Assembly (NCBI GenBank): GCA_963796185.1 | Contig: CAWCKQ010000011.1 | Location: 26,765-90,764 of the forward strand | Length of the DNA: 64,000 nucleotides | Reading direction: 5' to 3' | Source of the DNA: an uncultured Actinomycetota bacterium | GTDB lineage: Bacteria > Actinomycetota > Actinomycetes > Mycobacteriales > Mycobacteriaceae | Part shown: one piece after another, positions 22,862 to 33,752 of the stretch | Position numbering within the stretch: position 1 is the stretch's first letter | Layout of the letters: each line of letters starts with the position of its first letter | Made by a program: the position numbers and the translations under genes | Notes under the pieces: generated by a model | The model's database searches: none | Told to the model about the DNA's origin: nothing | What the model saw: only the letters and a program-made list of their open reading frames with translations

Positions 22862-25328
22862 CGCACCGGCACCTGGGGGAGCGGCAGCAAGGGCAGCGAC
22901 GAGCGGAACTGGCCCTCCGATCGCCGGGCTCGCGGCCGTCGCTGCCACGGATCACGGTAGGCGTCGACGGATTTCTGCATGCGTTCGTCCGAGCCGGCGG
23001 CCAGTCCCTCGGCGTCGTCGACCACCACCGAACGGATGTGCTCGATACCCAACCTGGGCACCCACGCGTAGGTGCGCTCCAGCCAGTTGGCGCTCTCGCG
23101 GTAGTACTGCAGGAACCGGCCCGTCAGCGTCATCACCTCGTCCGGCGAGTCGACGGTAGCCAGCAGATCGCCCTTGCGGACGTGCGCCCCGGCCGCGCCA
23201 CCGACGTAGATCTCCCAGCGTCCGTCGCCGACGGCGACCACGCCGAGGTCCTTGCACAGCGCCTCGGCGCAGTTGCGCGGGCATCCGGTGACGGCCAGCT
23301 TCATCTTCGCCGGGCTGGCCAGCCCCTGGTAGCGCTCCTCGATCGCGATGCCCAGGGCAGTCGAGTCGCCCAACCCGTAGCGGCAGAAGTCGGTCCCCAC
23401 ACAGGTTTTCACGGTCCGGAAACTCTTGCCGTACGCATACCCCGACGGCATGTCCAGATCCGCCCACACCGCGGGCAGGTCCTCCTTGCGCACGCCGAGC
23501 AGATCGATGCGCTGACCACCGGTGAGCTTGATCATCGGGATCTCGTATTTCTCCGCGACGTCGGCGATCCTGCGCAGCTGGGCCACGCTGGTGACGCCGC
23601 CCTTCATCTGGGGCACCACCGAGAAGGTGCCGTCGCGCTGGATGTTGGCGTGCACGCGGTCGTTGATGAAGCGGGCGTCGCGCTCGTCGACGAACTCGTC
23701 GGCCCACATCATGTCCAGCAGCGAGGCCAGCGCCATCTTCGACCCGGCGTCCTCCTTGCCGTCCGGGGCCAGCGCGGCGAACACCGAGGACACCGAATGC
23801 AATTCGAGTTCGCGGATGTGGCGCATCAACGTCGGCTTGTCGTAGGGGATGCCGGGCACGTACCAGGACGCCGCCGGATCCTCGCTGACCGCACCGCCGG
23901 CCGCCCACTCGACGACCTGGCCGACGAGCTCCTTGCACGAGCCGCAGCCCTTGCCCGCCTTGGTCTTCGCCATCACGCCGCGTACCGACGTCTCGCCGCC
24001 CCGCACGCAGGCCACCAGTTCGCCCTTGGAGACGCCGTTGCAGTTGCACACCTGTGCGTCGTCGGCCAGCTCGGCGACGCCGACTCCGACCTCCGGGGTG
24101 CCGATGTCGAACATCAACGCCACCCGCTCGTCGGGCAGCGGCAGGCCGCTGTCGAAAGCCTGGGTCAGGAACGACACCTTGGACACGTCACCGACCAGGG
24201 TGGCGCCCACGAGCTTGCCGTCGCGGATCACCACGGTTTTGTACACGCCGTGTTTGGGTTCGCTGTACTGCACGAACTCGTCATCGGGATGCTCGGGCGA
24301 CTTCACGCCCATCGAGGCGACGTCCACCCCGGCCACCTTGAGCTTGGTCGCCACCCGGGAACCGTGGTAGGCGGACGTGAGATCGGCTCCGGTGACGTGG
24401 TCGGCCAGCACCTCTGGCCTGCTCCCACAGCGGCGCGACCAGTCCGTAGACCTGGCCGCGGTGCTGGGCGCACTCGCCGACCACGTACACGTCGTCGTCA
24501 TCGACCGAACGCATGTGGTCGTCGGTGACGATCGCCCGCTCGACGGTGAGCCCGGCCCGAGCGGCGAGGCCGACGTTGGGGCGGATACCGGCAGCGATCA
24601 CCAGCATGTCGCAGTCGAGCTCGGCTGCCGTCGGAGAACGTGATGCCCGTCAGCCGGCCGTCGGCGACGATCACCTCCGCCGTGCGCTTGTCGGTGTGCA
24701 CTCCGATTCCCAACGCCTCGACCGATTTCCGCAGGATCGCCCCCGCGGGGTCGTCGAGTTGGGCGTTCATCAGCGTGGGACCGGCATGCACGACGTCGAC
24801 GGTCAGCCCCCGGTTCTGCAGTCCCCGGGCCGCTTCCAGCCCCAGCAGACCGCCGCCGACCACAACGGCCTTGGTCCGGCACGCCGCCTCCGCGATCATC
24901 GACGCCGTGTCGTCGAGCGTCCGGAATCCGAACACCCCGTCGGCGAGCGTCTTGTCGTCGGCCCACAGGCCTGCCATCGGTGGGAAGAAGGACCGGCTGC
25001 CGGTGGCCAGGATCAGCTTGTCGTAGTGCAGCGACGTGCCGTCGTCGGCATGGACCAGGTGGGCGAACGTGTCCAACCGCACCACCCGCACCCCGGCCCG
25101 CAGCTCGATGCCGTTGTCGGCGTACCAGTCCAGCGCGTTGAGGTAGATCTCGGTCGGATCATCGATTCCGGCAAGCACATTCGACAACAGGATGCGGTTG
25201 TAGTTGCCGTAGGGCTCGTCGCCGAACACCGTGATCTCGAAGTGCTCCGCGCCGCCGCGGGCGAGGATCTCCTCGATGGCTCGGATGCCGGCCATGCCGT
25301 TGCCGACCACCACCAGACGCGACGCCAC
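22858..25328 (-). CDS. nirB: NAD(P)H nitrite reductase large subunit (frameshifted)
   Basis: GNGMAG, GGGLLGLEAA, CNCNGV..CGSC, HANIQRDGTFSVVP, KTCVGTDFC, TGCPRNCAE siroheme/FeS site. Confidence 0.95.
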
Positions 25329-25331
25329 GGC

Positions 25332-25687
25332 TCAGACCTCCACCAGACCGAGGTCGACGATGACGGTCCCCGTGCAGTCCGTCGGGCGCAGCACACGTAC
25401 AACTCGAGGACGGTGTCGGCCAGCAGCTCCTCCACCACCCGCAGCGCCACGTGGGTGGCGCCCCGTGCGGCGATCGGGAAGTGGCGCATCGGTTTGCCGT
25501 CGCGGAAGAGCACCACGCTGATCATCTGCTCGGTCGAGTTGCCGCCGCGGAAGTACACGGGCTGCGTGGTGGCCCCGCCCGGCACCACGTACCGCAGCGT
25601 GTCGTCGAGCGGCACCGGCTTGTCATAGCCGTTGCCGTCGAACTCGAAGGCGCCCTGCAGGAAACGGGGCGTGCTTCCGTCGGTCAT
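25332..25687 (-). CDS. small uncharacterised protein heading the nirBD operon (frameshift near 25390)
   Basis: MTDGSTPRFLQGAFEF..YFRGGNS..RHFPI..DLGLVEV; stop lies 3 nt before the nirB GTG. Confidence 0.75.
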
Positions 25688-25693
25688 GGCTCG

Positions 25694-25725
25694 AAGCTAG
25701 AAGCGAGTTGTTTCCGGTACGTTTC
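25694..25725 (-). promoter_or_regulatory. GlnR-type site plus -10 element of a leaderless promoter
   Basis: Minus strand reads GAAAC-n6-GAAAC, then TAGCTT 6 nt before the ATG at 25687. Confidence 0.65.
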
Positions 25726-25769
25726 GCCCCCGAGTCCCCCGTGGATATCCCCGATCACAATCGCTTCGC

Positions 25770-25797
25770 CTCACGGTGAGCTGATCTGCGATGTGAG
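25770..25797. promoter_or_regulatory. NnaR-like operator
   Basis: CTCACG-N16-TGTGAG, one mismatch from the recalled CTCAC[A/C]-N16-[T/G]GTGAG; lies between divergent nitrate genes. Confidence 0.7.
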
Positions 25798-25914
25798 GGC
25801 GAGTTTTCACCGCGGTCACCGACGTGCAACGGCTGCGGAATGCCCTGGCCGTTGACTCGAATCGAGCCCGGACAGCACCGATGTGAGTCCGTCCCAGCCA
25901 CCCAGGAGACCACC

Positions 25915-27321
25915 ATGACCGTCACCGACAGCGACTCCACGCACGACGTTGCCACAGCACCGCCCGAGACGGCGCGGACCCGCCACGGCAAACACTGGAT
26001 CGACGACTGGCGCCCCGAAGACCCGAGCTTCTGGTCGACCACCGGCAAACCGATCGCGCGACGAAACCTGATCTTCTCGATCTTCGCCGAACACATCGGC
26101 TTCTCGGTGTGGCTGCTGTGGAGCATCGTGGTCGTGCAGATGACCGCGGGTCCCGGCGGCGCCGCTGCGGCGTCCGGTTTCGCGCTGACCACCACGCAGG
26201 CGTTGTGGCTGGTCGCGGTGCCGAGCGGAGTCGGGGCGTTCCTGCGGCTGCCCTACACCTTCGCCGTCCCGGTGTTCGGCGGCCGCAACTGGACCGTCGT
26301 CTCGGCGATGCTGCTGCTGATTCCATGCCTGCTGCTGGCCTGGGCGGTCAGCAACCCCGACATCCCATACCCGCTGCTCCTGCTCATCGCCGCGAGCGCA
26401 GGCTTCGGCGGCGGCAACTTCGCCTCCTCGATGGCCAACATCTCGTTCTTCTACCCCGAGAAGGAGAAGGGCTGGGCGCTCGGGCTCAACGCGGCCGGCG
26501 GCAACATCGGCGTCGCCGTGGCGCAGAAGATCATTCCGGTCGTCGTGACGATCGGCGCGGGTGTCACGCTCTCACTCGCCGGTCTGTTCTACGTGCCGTT
26601 CGCGGTGGCCGCCGCGGTGTGCGCATTCCTGTTCATGAACAACATCAGCGAGGCGAAGGCCGACGTCGAACCCGTGTGGCAGTCGTTGCGCCACGCCGAC
26701 ACCTGGGTGATGTCACTGCTGTACATCGGCACCTTCGGCTCTTTCATCGGGTATTCCTCGGCGTTCCCGACCCTGCTCAAGGCCGTCTTCGGCCGCGGCG
26801 ACATCGCATTGACCTGGGCGTTCCTCGGCGCCGGCATCGGTTCTGTCGCGCGGCCGTTCGGCGGCTGGCTTTCCGACCGCATCGGTGGCGCCCGCATCAC
26901 CGCGGTGAGCTTCGGCCTGCTCGCCGTCGGCGCCGCGCTGGCGTTGTGGTCGGTGCAGGCCGAGAACATGCCGGTGTTCTTCGTCAGCTTCATGCTGCTG
27001 TTCGTCTCGACCGGAATCGGCAACGGCTCCACCTATCGGATGATCTCGAAGATCTTCAAGATCAAGGGCGAGGACGCCGGGGGAGCCGCCGAGACCATGG
27101 TCTACATGCGCAGGCAGGCCGCCGGCGCGCTGGGCATCATCTCCTCGCTCGGCGCCTTCGGCGGATTCCTCGTGCCGCTGGCCTACGCGTGGTCGAACTC
27201 CCACTTCGGCAACATCAAACCCGCGCTGTGGTTCTACGTGGGGTTCTTCATCGTGCTGCTCGGCGTCACCTGGTTCTGCTACCTGCGCAAGAGCACGCGG
27301 ATGGGCCAGGCCGGGGTGTGA
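25915..27321 (+). CDS. narK: nitrate/nitrite MFS transporter
   Basis: WRPED, AGFGGGNFASSMANISFFYP, GIGNGSTY nitrate signature motifs. Confidence 0.93.
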   Translation: MTVTDSDSTHDVATAPPETARTRHGKHWIDDWRPEDPSFWSTTGKPIARRNLIFSIFAEHIGFSVWLLWSIVVVQMTAGPGGAAAASGFALTTTQALWLVAVPSGVGAFLRLPYTFAVPVFGGRNWTVVSAMLLLIPCLLLAWAVSNPDIPYPLLLLIAASAGFGGGNFASSMANISFFYPEKEKGWALGLNAAGGNIGVAVAQKIIPVVVTIGAGVTLSLAGLFYVPFAVAAAVCAFLFMNNISEAKADVEPVWQSLRHADTWVMSLLYIGTFGSFIGYSSAFPTLLKAVFGRGDIALTWAFLGAGIGSVARPFGGWLSDRIGGARITAVSFGLLAVGAALALWSVQAENMPVFFVSFMLLFVSTGIGNGSTYRMISKIFKIKGEDAGGAAETMVYMRRQAAGALGIISSLGAFGGFLVPLAYAWSNSHFGNIKPALWFYVGFFIVLLGVTWFCYLRKSTRMGQAGV

Positions 27322-30300
27322 CCGTCCGGACCGCCTGTTCCTATTGCGGGGTCGGGTGCGGGATCTCAGTGCAGACCCGCACCGACCCCGCAACGGGCGC
27401 TGCGGTGATCGCCAAGGTCTCGGGGGACAAGCTGCATCCCACCAACTTCGGGCGACTGTGCACCAAGGGCGCCACGCACGCGGAGATGATGGCCGCGACG
27501 GACGGCCGGCTGACGACGGCACTGCTGCGGCCCTCCCGCGACGCCGATCCGATGGCCGCCGACGTCGACGACGCCCTCGCCGAGGCCGGCCGGCGCCTGC
27601 GCGCCATCGTCGACGAGCACGGCCCCGATGCCGTCGCCCTGTATGTCTCCGGGCAGATGTCGCTGGAATCGCAGTATCTGGCCACCAAGCTGGCCAAGGG
27701 TTTTCTGCGCACCGTGCACCTCGAGTCGAACTCGCGGCTGTGCATGGCCAGCGCGGGCACCGGCTACAAGCAATCGCTGGGTTCTGATGGCCCGCCGGGC
27801 TCCTACACCGACTTCGATTGCACCGAGCTGTTTTTCGTGATCGGCTCGAACATGGCCGACTGTCATCCGATCCTCTTCCTGCGGATGGCGGACCGGCTGA
27901 AGGCGGGTGCCAAGCTGATCGTCGTGGACCCGCGGCGGACCACCACCGCCGACAAAGCCGATCTGTTCCTGCAGATCCGGCCCGGCACCGATCTGGCGCT
28001 GCTCAACGGCCTCCTGCACCTGCTGGTCGCCGACGGCGCCATCGACGAGGAGTTCATCGCCGAGCACACCGAGGGCTGGGCGGTGATGCCGGAGTTCCTG
28101 GCCGACTATCCACCGGACCGGGTCGCCGCGATCACCGGTCTGTCCGAAGCCGACATCCGCACTGCCGCAGCGATGATCGCCGGGGCGGGGGACTGGATGA
28201 CCTGCTGGACGATGGGCCTGAACCAGAGCACCCACGGCACCTGGAGCACCAACGCGATCTGCAACCTGCACCTGGCCACCGGCGCCATCTGCCGTCCGGG
28301 CAGCGGGCCGATGTCGCTGACCGGCCAGCCCAACGCCATGGGCGGACGCGAGATGGGCTACATGGGTCCCGGTCTGCCCGGCCAGCGCGCCGTACTGTCG
28401 GCCGAGGACCGCGCGTTCGTCGAAGCAGCAGTGGGAGTTGGAGCCCGGCGCCATCCGCAGCGACGTCGGACCGGGCACCGTCGAGATGTTCCGGCGAATC
28501 GCGGCCGGTGAGATCAAGGCGGTGTGGATCATCTGCACCAACCCCGTTGCCAGCGTGGCCAATCGGGGCACCGTGATCGACGCGCTCACGGCGGCCGAAC
28601 TGGTGATCACCCAGGACGCCTATGCCGACACCGCCACCAACCGCTTTGCCGACATCGTGCTGCCCGCCACGCTGTGGGCCGAAGCCGACGCGGTGATGGT
28701 CAACTCCGACCGCAACCTCACCCTGCTGCAGCAGTCCGTCCCCGCCCACGGTGACGCGCGGCCGGACTGGGAACTGATCTGCGGGGTGGCGCGCCACCTC
28801 GGTTTCGGGGACCGGTTCGACTACAAGTCGAGCGAGGAGATCTTCGACGAACTCCGCCGATTCCACAACCCGCGAACGGGATACGACCTGCGGGGCATCA
28901 CCTACGAGCGGCTGCGGGAAACCCCGGTGCAGTGGCCGTGCCCGCCCGAGGACAGCTCTGGCGGCTCCCGGGACCGCAATCCGATCCGCTACCTCAACGA
29001 CGGCGTCTCCCAGGAGCTGTTCACCGACGCCGACGGACACCGGCCCCGGCTGGCGTTCGCCACCCCGTCGCGCCGCGCGGTGTTTCTGCCCCGTCCCCAC
29101 GCGGACGCCGACGAGCTTCCCGACCCGGATTCCGGGGACTACCCGTTCGTCCTCAACACCGGCCGGCTCCAGCACCAGTGGCACACCATGACCAAGACCG
29201 GCAAGGTCGACAAGCTCAACAAGCTCAACCCCGGCCCGGTCGTCGAAATCCATCCCGACGATGCCGCGGCACTGGGGATCTCGGACGGGCGTCAGATCGA
29301 ACTGGTGTCGCGGCGGGGTCGCGCCATGCTGCCCGCGCTGATCACCGACCGGGTTCGGCCGGGCAACACCTGGGTGCCGTTTCACTGGAACGACGAGCAC
29401 GGCCCGCAGTTGACCGTCAACGCACTCACCAACGACGCCGTCGACCCCGACTCGCTGCAGCCCGAGTTCAAGGTGTGCGCCGTCCGGCTCACACCTGTGC
29501 AGGCCGAGGCGGCCGCACCGCTGCCCGGGTCGGCGCCCGAACTCACCGACGACGAGAAGATCTACCTGGCGGGGTTTTTCACCGGGATCGAGGAGGGAGC
29601 CGCGGGCGTACCGGTGCTGCCGGCCGGTGCGCCGGTGAGCCGGCTGGCGCGGCTGTGGGTGGACGGGCTGCTGGCCGGACGGTTTTCGCGACTCGACACC
29701 GCCCGAGGCGCCGACACGCCCACCGAGTCGGGGCCGCTGGTGCTGTGGGCGTCCCAGACCGGGACCGCCGAGGAGTTCGCGGGCCGGCTGGGCAGCCGGC
29801 TGCAGGGCGCCCGGCTGTCGGCGCTGGACGACATCGAGCTCGCCGAGCTCGGCGCGGCCGGCGAGGTCGTGATCGTCACCAGCACGTTCGGCGACGGGGG
29901 TCCGCCGGACAACGGCTCCGCGTTCTGGGACCGGCTACAGGGCGCCGGGTCGTCGTCGCTGGACGGCGTGCGTTACACGGTGCTGGGCATCGGGGACCGG
30001 TCGTATGACAACTTCTGCGGCTACGCCAAGTCGCTCGACGGTCGGCTGGCCGACCTGGGCGCCACCAGGGTGCTCGACCGGGCCGACTGCGAGGCCCACG
30101 ACGACGAACCGATCGCGCAGTGGACGGACGCGGTGATCGACGTGCTGGCCGCGGCACCGGCCGACGACTTTACCGCCGCGCCGCCGCGACCGGCGGCGCC
30201 GATGCGGTTCACCCGGGCGAACCCGATTGCCGCCCCGCTGTGCCGCAACGTGCGCCTGACCCCTGCCGGGGCGAGCAAGGATGTGCGGCAGTTCGGGTTC

Positions 30301-31320
30301 GACATCAGCGCACACGACGTGACGTACTCCGCCGGTGACTCGTTGGGCGTGTTCGTGGCCAATTCCCCCGCGGTCGTCCAGAGGTGGCTCGATGCAACGG
30401 GTTTCACCGGCGACGAAGCCGTCGTGGTCGACGGTGCGCAGATGCCGCTGCGCGAGGCCCTGGTGTCGCACTACGACATCTGCAAGGTCACGTCGAACCT
30501 GCTCAACTTCGTCGCCGAGCACTGTCCGCAGGCTGGGTGGGCCAAACGGCTGCGCAAGGATCGCGACGCGCTGGACTCGTGGCTGGTCGACCGCAACGGC
30601 CTCGACCTGGTCGACGAACTCACGGTGCGTGCCGACGTGGAGCAGTGGCAGGAGGTGCTGGTGCGGCTGACACCGCGGCAGTACTCGATCTCGTCGAGTC
30701 CGCTGGTGAGCCCGCACGAGGTGCAGCTGACGGTCTCGGTGGTGCGTTATCGCGGCGCGGACGGCGGGCTTCGCGGTGGCGTTGGCTCGACGTATCTGGC
30801 CGATCTGCCCGACGGGGCCCCCGTGTCGGTGTTCCTGCAGCGGTCACCGCATTTCCGTCCCCCGCCGGAGCCGGCGACGCCGATGATCATGGTGGGGCCG
30901 GGCACCGGCATCGCGCCGTTTCGCGCGTTCCTGCAGGAACGCCGCGCGCTCGGCCACACGGGTCCGAACTGGCTGTTCTTCGGCGACCGGCATCGCGCGC
31001 AGAACTTCTACTACCGCGACGATCTGGTCGACATGGTGGACGACGGCTTCCTGAACCGGCTCGACCTGGCGTTCTCCCGGGACCAGCCGCAGCGGGTCTA
31101 CGTGCAGCACAAGATGCTCGACTACGGCGCGGACGTGTGGCGCTGGCTGGAGGAGGGGGCGCACTTCTACGTGTGCGGCGATGCCGGCCGGATGGCCCGG
31201 GACGTCGACGACGCGCTGACCGCGATCATCCGCACGCACGGCGGGATGAGCGAGGACGCCGCGCGGGATTACCGGCGTGAGCTGGTGGCGGAGAAACGGT
31301 ACGTACGCGACGTCTACTGA
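27318..31320 (+). CDS. nasN: assimilatory nitrate reductase fused to a diflavin (FMN/FAD/NADPH) reductase, NasN-type (frameshift near 28430)
   Basis: CSYCGVGC...LCTKG, SLTGQPNAMGGRE, LNTGR; flavodoxin ASQTGTAE/STFGDG; RQYSISSS, GPGTGIAPF, RYVRDVY. Confidence 0.9.
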
Positions 31321-31330
31321 CGCCCGGTTT

Positions 31331-31355
31331 TGTCGGTGGTCGAATGTACGTTCGA
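31331..31355 (+). promoter_or_regulatory. RecA-NDp (PafBC) promoter overlapped by a LexA SOS box
   Basis: TGTCGG-N10-TACGTT at 31331-31352; TCGAATGTACGTTCGA at 31340-31355, one mismatch from TCGAAC-N4-GTTCGA. Confidence 0.8.
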
Positions 31356-31367
31356 GATGTGTCGGGG

Positions 31368-32793
31368 ATGGGGTTGCAGGAGGCGGTGGCCGCGGTGCGC
31401 GCGGCCGTCGAGGAGGTGGCCGGCTGCGAGGTGGATCTGTCGACCCGGGGCGAGTTGGTCGATGCCCTCGATGAGTTGGAGATCGTGTCGTGCCGGTTGC
31501 CCGCGGTCAGTCACCGCCTGTTGGCGCGCCTGCAGGTCGAGGCCACCCCGGCCCAGCTGGGCGCCAAGTCCTGGAAAGAGGTCCTTTCGGTGCGGTGGCG
31601 GATCTCGCGCAGCGAGGCGGGCCGGCGGCTGACCGAGGCCGCGTTGCTGGCCCCGCGCCCGAGCGTGACCGGGCCGGCGCTGCCCCCGACCCTGCCGGCC
31701 ACCGCGGCCGCGCAGGCGCGGGGGTTGATCAACGCCGAGCATGTCGAGGTGATCCGCAAAGCGCTCGACAGGTTGCCCGGTTTCGTCGATACCGCGACCC
31801 GCGAGCAGGTCGAGGTGGATCTGGTCCGTATCGCGGTCGGTGTCGGCCCCAAGGAGCTCAAGGACGCCGCCGATCGGGTGCTGTTTCTGCTCGATCAGGA
31901 CGGCCCCGAACCCGACGACACCGAACGCGCCCGCACACGCGGACTGACCCGAGGCAAGCAGCGCCCGGACACGATGATCGACATCGTGGGGTGTCTGACC
32001 CCGGAGGCGTGGGCGGTGTGGGAGGCGATCTTCGCCAAATACGCCGCTCCCGGCATGTGCAACCCTGATGACCCCGAGCCGTGCACGTCGGGGACGCCGT
32101 CCCAGGCCCAGATCGACAGTGATCACCGCAGCCTGGCTCAACGCCAGCACGACGCCCTGGTCGCGGTCGGGCGCATCGCCCTGATGAGCGGCGAGTTGGG
32201 TCAGCTCAACGGGCTGCCCGTGTCGGTGATCGTGCGCACGACGTTGCAGGATTTGGAGTCCCGCGCCGGGGTCGGGGTCACCGGCGGGGGCACGGTGTTG
32301 CCGATCGCCGAGGTGATCCGACTGGGCCGTCATGCCCATCACTATCTGGCGGTGTTCGACCAGGCGACCGGGTCCGCGCTGGATCTGTTCCGCACCAAAC
32401 GGATCGCCTCGGCGGCGCAGCGGATCATGCTGATCGGCCGCGACGGGGGTTGCACCAAACCCGGCTGCCCCGTGGGTGCCTACGGCTGCCAGGTCCATCA
32501 CGTCAGCGCCGACTGGGCCCGCGGCGGGCTCACCAACACCGACGAGCTCGGCCTGGCCTGCCCGCCCGACAACCGCGAGCGTCAAACCCGGCGGCTGGTC
32601 CACCCGGATGAACGCCCGCAGCGAAGTCGAATGGATCCCCCCAGCACCGTTGGACACCGGCCAAGCCCGCATCAACAACCACCACCGCCCCGAACGACTC
32701 CTGCACCCACCCGACGATCCAGAACCGCAGCGCGACACCGCCACCGGCGACGAACCCGGCGGACCCGCACCACCCGACGACCAAGCCGCCTGA
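31368..32793 (+). CDS. DUF222/HNH endonuclease, 13E12 repeat family (frameshift near 32578)
   Basis: FAKYAAPGMCNPDD, QRQHDAL, RDGGCTKPGC, CQVHH, GLACPPDN, WIPP..LDTGQARINNHH. Confidence 0.9.
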
Positions 32794-32906
32794 CGGGACG
32801 CGTGTTCCGGCTACGCCACGGTGGACCTGCGCACCGAAGTACTTTGGTGTGCAGGGTGGCCCCGAAGAGGGATACCGGATGGCTGTCTGCTGCGGGGAGG
32901 GGTGTC

Positions 32907-33524
32907 GTGAACGCTCTCGAGATGGCGACGGCCGAGCGAACCGACTTGGCGGACCTTCTGGCGACGCTGACGCCTGAGCAGTGGGAAGTCCCTTCGCTGT
33001 GCGCGGGCTGGCGTGTGCGTGACGTGGTCGCTCACGTGATGAGCTTCGACGGCGTCAGCCCACTTGGGATGCTTCGTCGTGCCGTTCGCGGTCGGATCGT
33101 CCACATCAACCAAGCCGGCGTCGACGAACTCGCGCTGCTGAATACGGACCAGCTCCTGGACAGGCTGCGCGCTCAGTTGCGCCCCCAGGGGCTGGCCGCA
33201 GTCTTCGGCGGACGGCTCGCCCTGCTCGACGTCACCATCCACCATCAGGACATCCGCAGACCGCTAGGTCTGCCACGGGAGATTCCGGCGCAACGGCTGC
33301 GCCAGGTCCTGGAATCCAGTCTGCGCAGCGTGGAATTGCCGGCGTGGCGCATCGCTCGCGGTGTCCACCTCACCACTTCCGATCTGGACTGGAGCCACGG
33401 CTCTGGGCCAGAGGTTTCAGGGCCGGCGGAGGCCATGCTGATGGCGATCACCGGGCGGGCGTCCGCCGTCGGTGAGCTGTCCGGTCCCGGGAAGCCGGTG
33501 CTGGCCGCCCGGCTTGCTCGATAG
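32907..33524 (+). CDS. maleylpyruvate isomerase family mycothiol-dependent enzyme (DinB superfamily)
   Basis: SLCAGWRVRDVVAH and DVTIHHQDIRRPLG. Confidence 0.85.
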   Translation: MNALEMATAERTDLADLLATLTPEQWEVPSLCAGWRVRDVVAHVMSFDGVSPLGMLRRAVRGRIVHINQAGVDELALLNTDQLLDRLRAQLRPQGLAAVFGGRLALLDVTIHHQDIRRPLGLPREIPAQRLRQVLESSLRSVELPAWRIARGVHLTTSDLDWSHGSGPEVSGPAEAMLMAITGRASAVGELSGPGKPVLAARLAR

Positions 33525-33591
33525 CCCGGAGGCCTACAGTTCCCGCACCACGAGAGTGGGGTACGCGATCTGAGTCGTGTCGAAAGAAGTG

Positions 33592-33677
33592 TGTCCGAGG
33601 GGGGACTTGAACCCCCACGCCCGTTAATAGGGCACTAGCACCTCAAGCTAGCGCGTCTGCCATTCCGCCACTCGGAC
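33592..33677 (-). tRNA. tRNA-Leu(GAG), CCA not encoded
   Basis: GTCCGAG acceptor stem, GGCGGAATGGCAGACGC D-arm, anticodon loop CTTGAGGT, long variable arm, GGTTCAAGTCC T-arm. Confidence 0.97.
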
Positions 33678-33752
33678 CAGTTCGAAGGCAGCTTAGGTTA
33701 ACGGATCGGCGGGCCCGGACCCAAACCGGGACGGGGTGGTAGGAAAGGGAGC

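Noticed and set aside
31344-33524. 726-aa HNH-MDMPI fusion ORF
   Set aside because: A shift near 32578 moves the ORF out of the HNH frame; the true HNH C-terminus ends at 32793 and MDMPI has its own start
33530-33677. Prophage or ICE integrated at tRNA-Leu
   Set aside because: No integrase, phage or conjugation genes, and no duplicated tRNA 3' end noticed by eye
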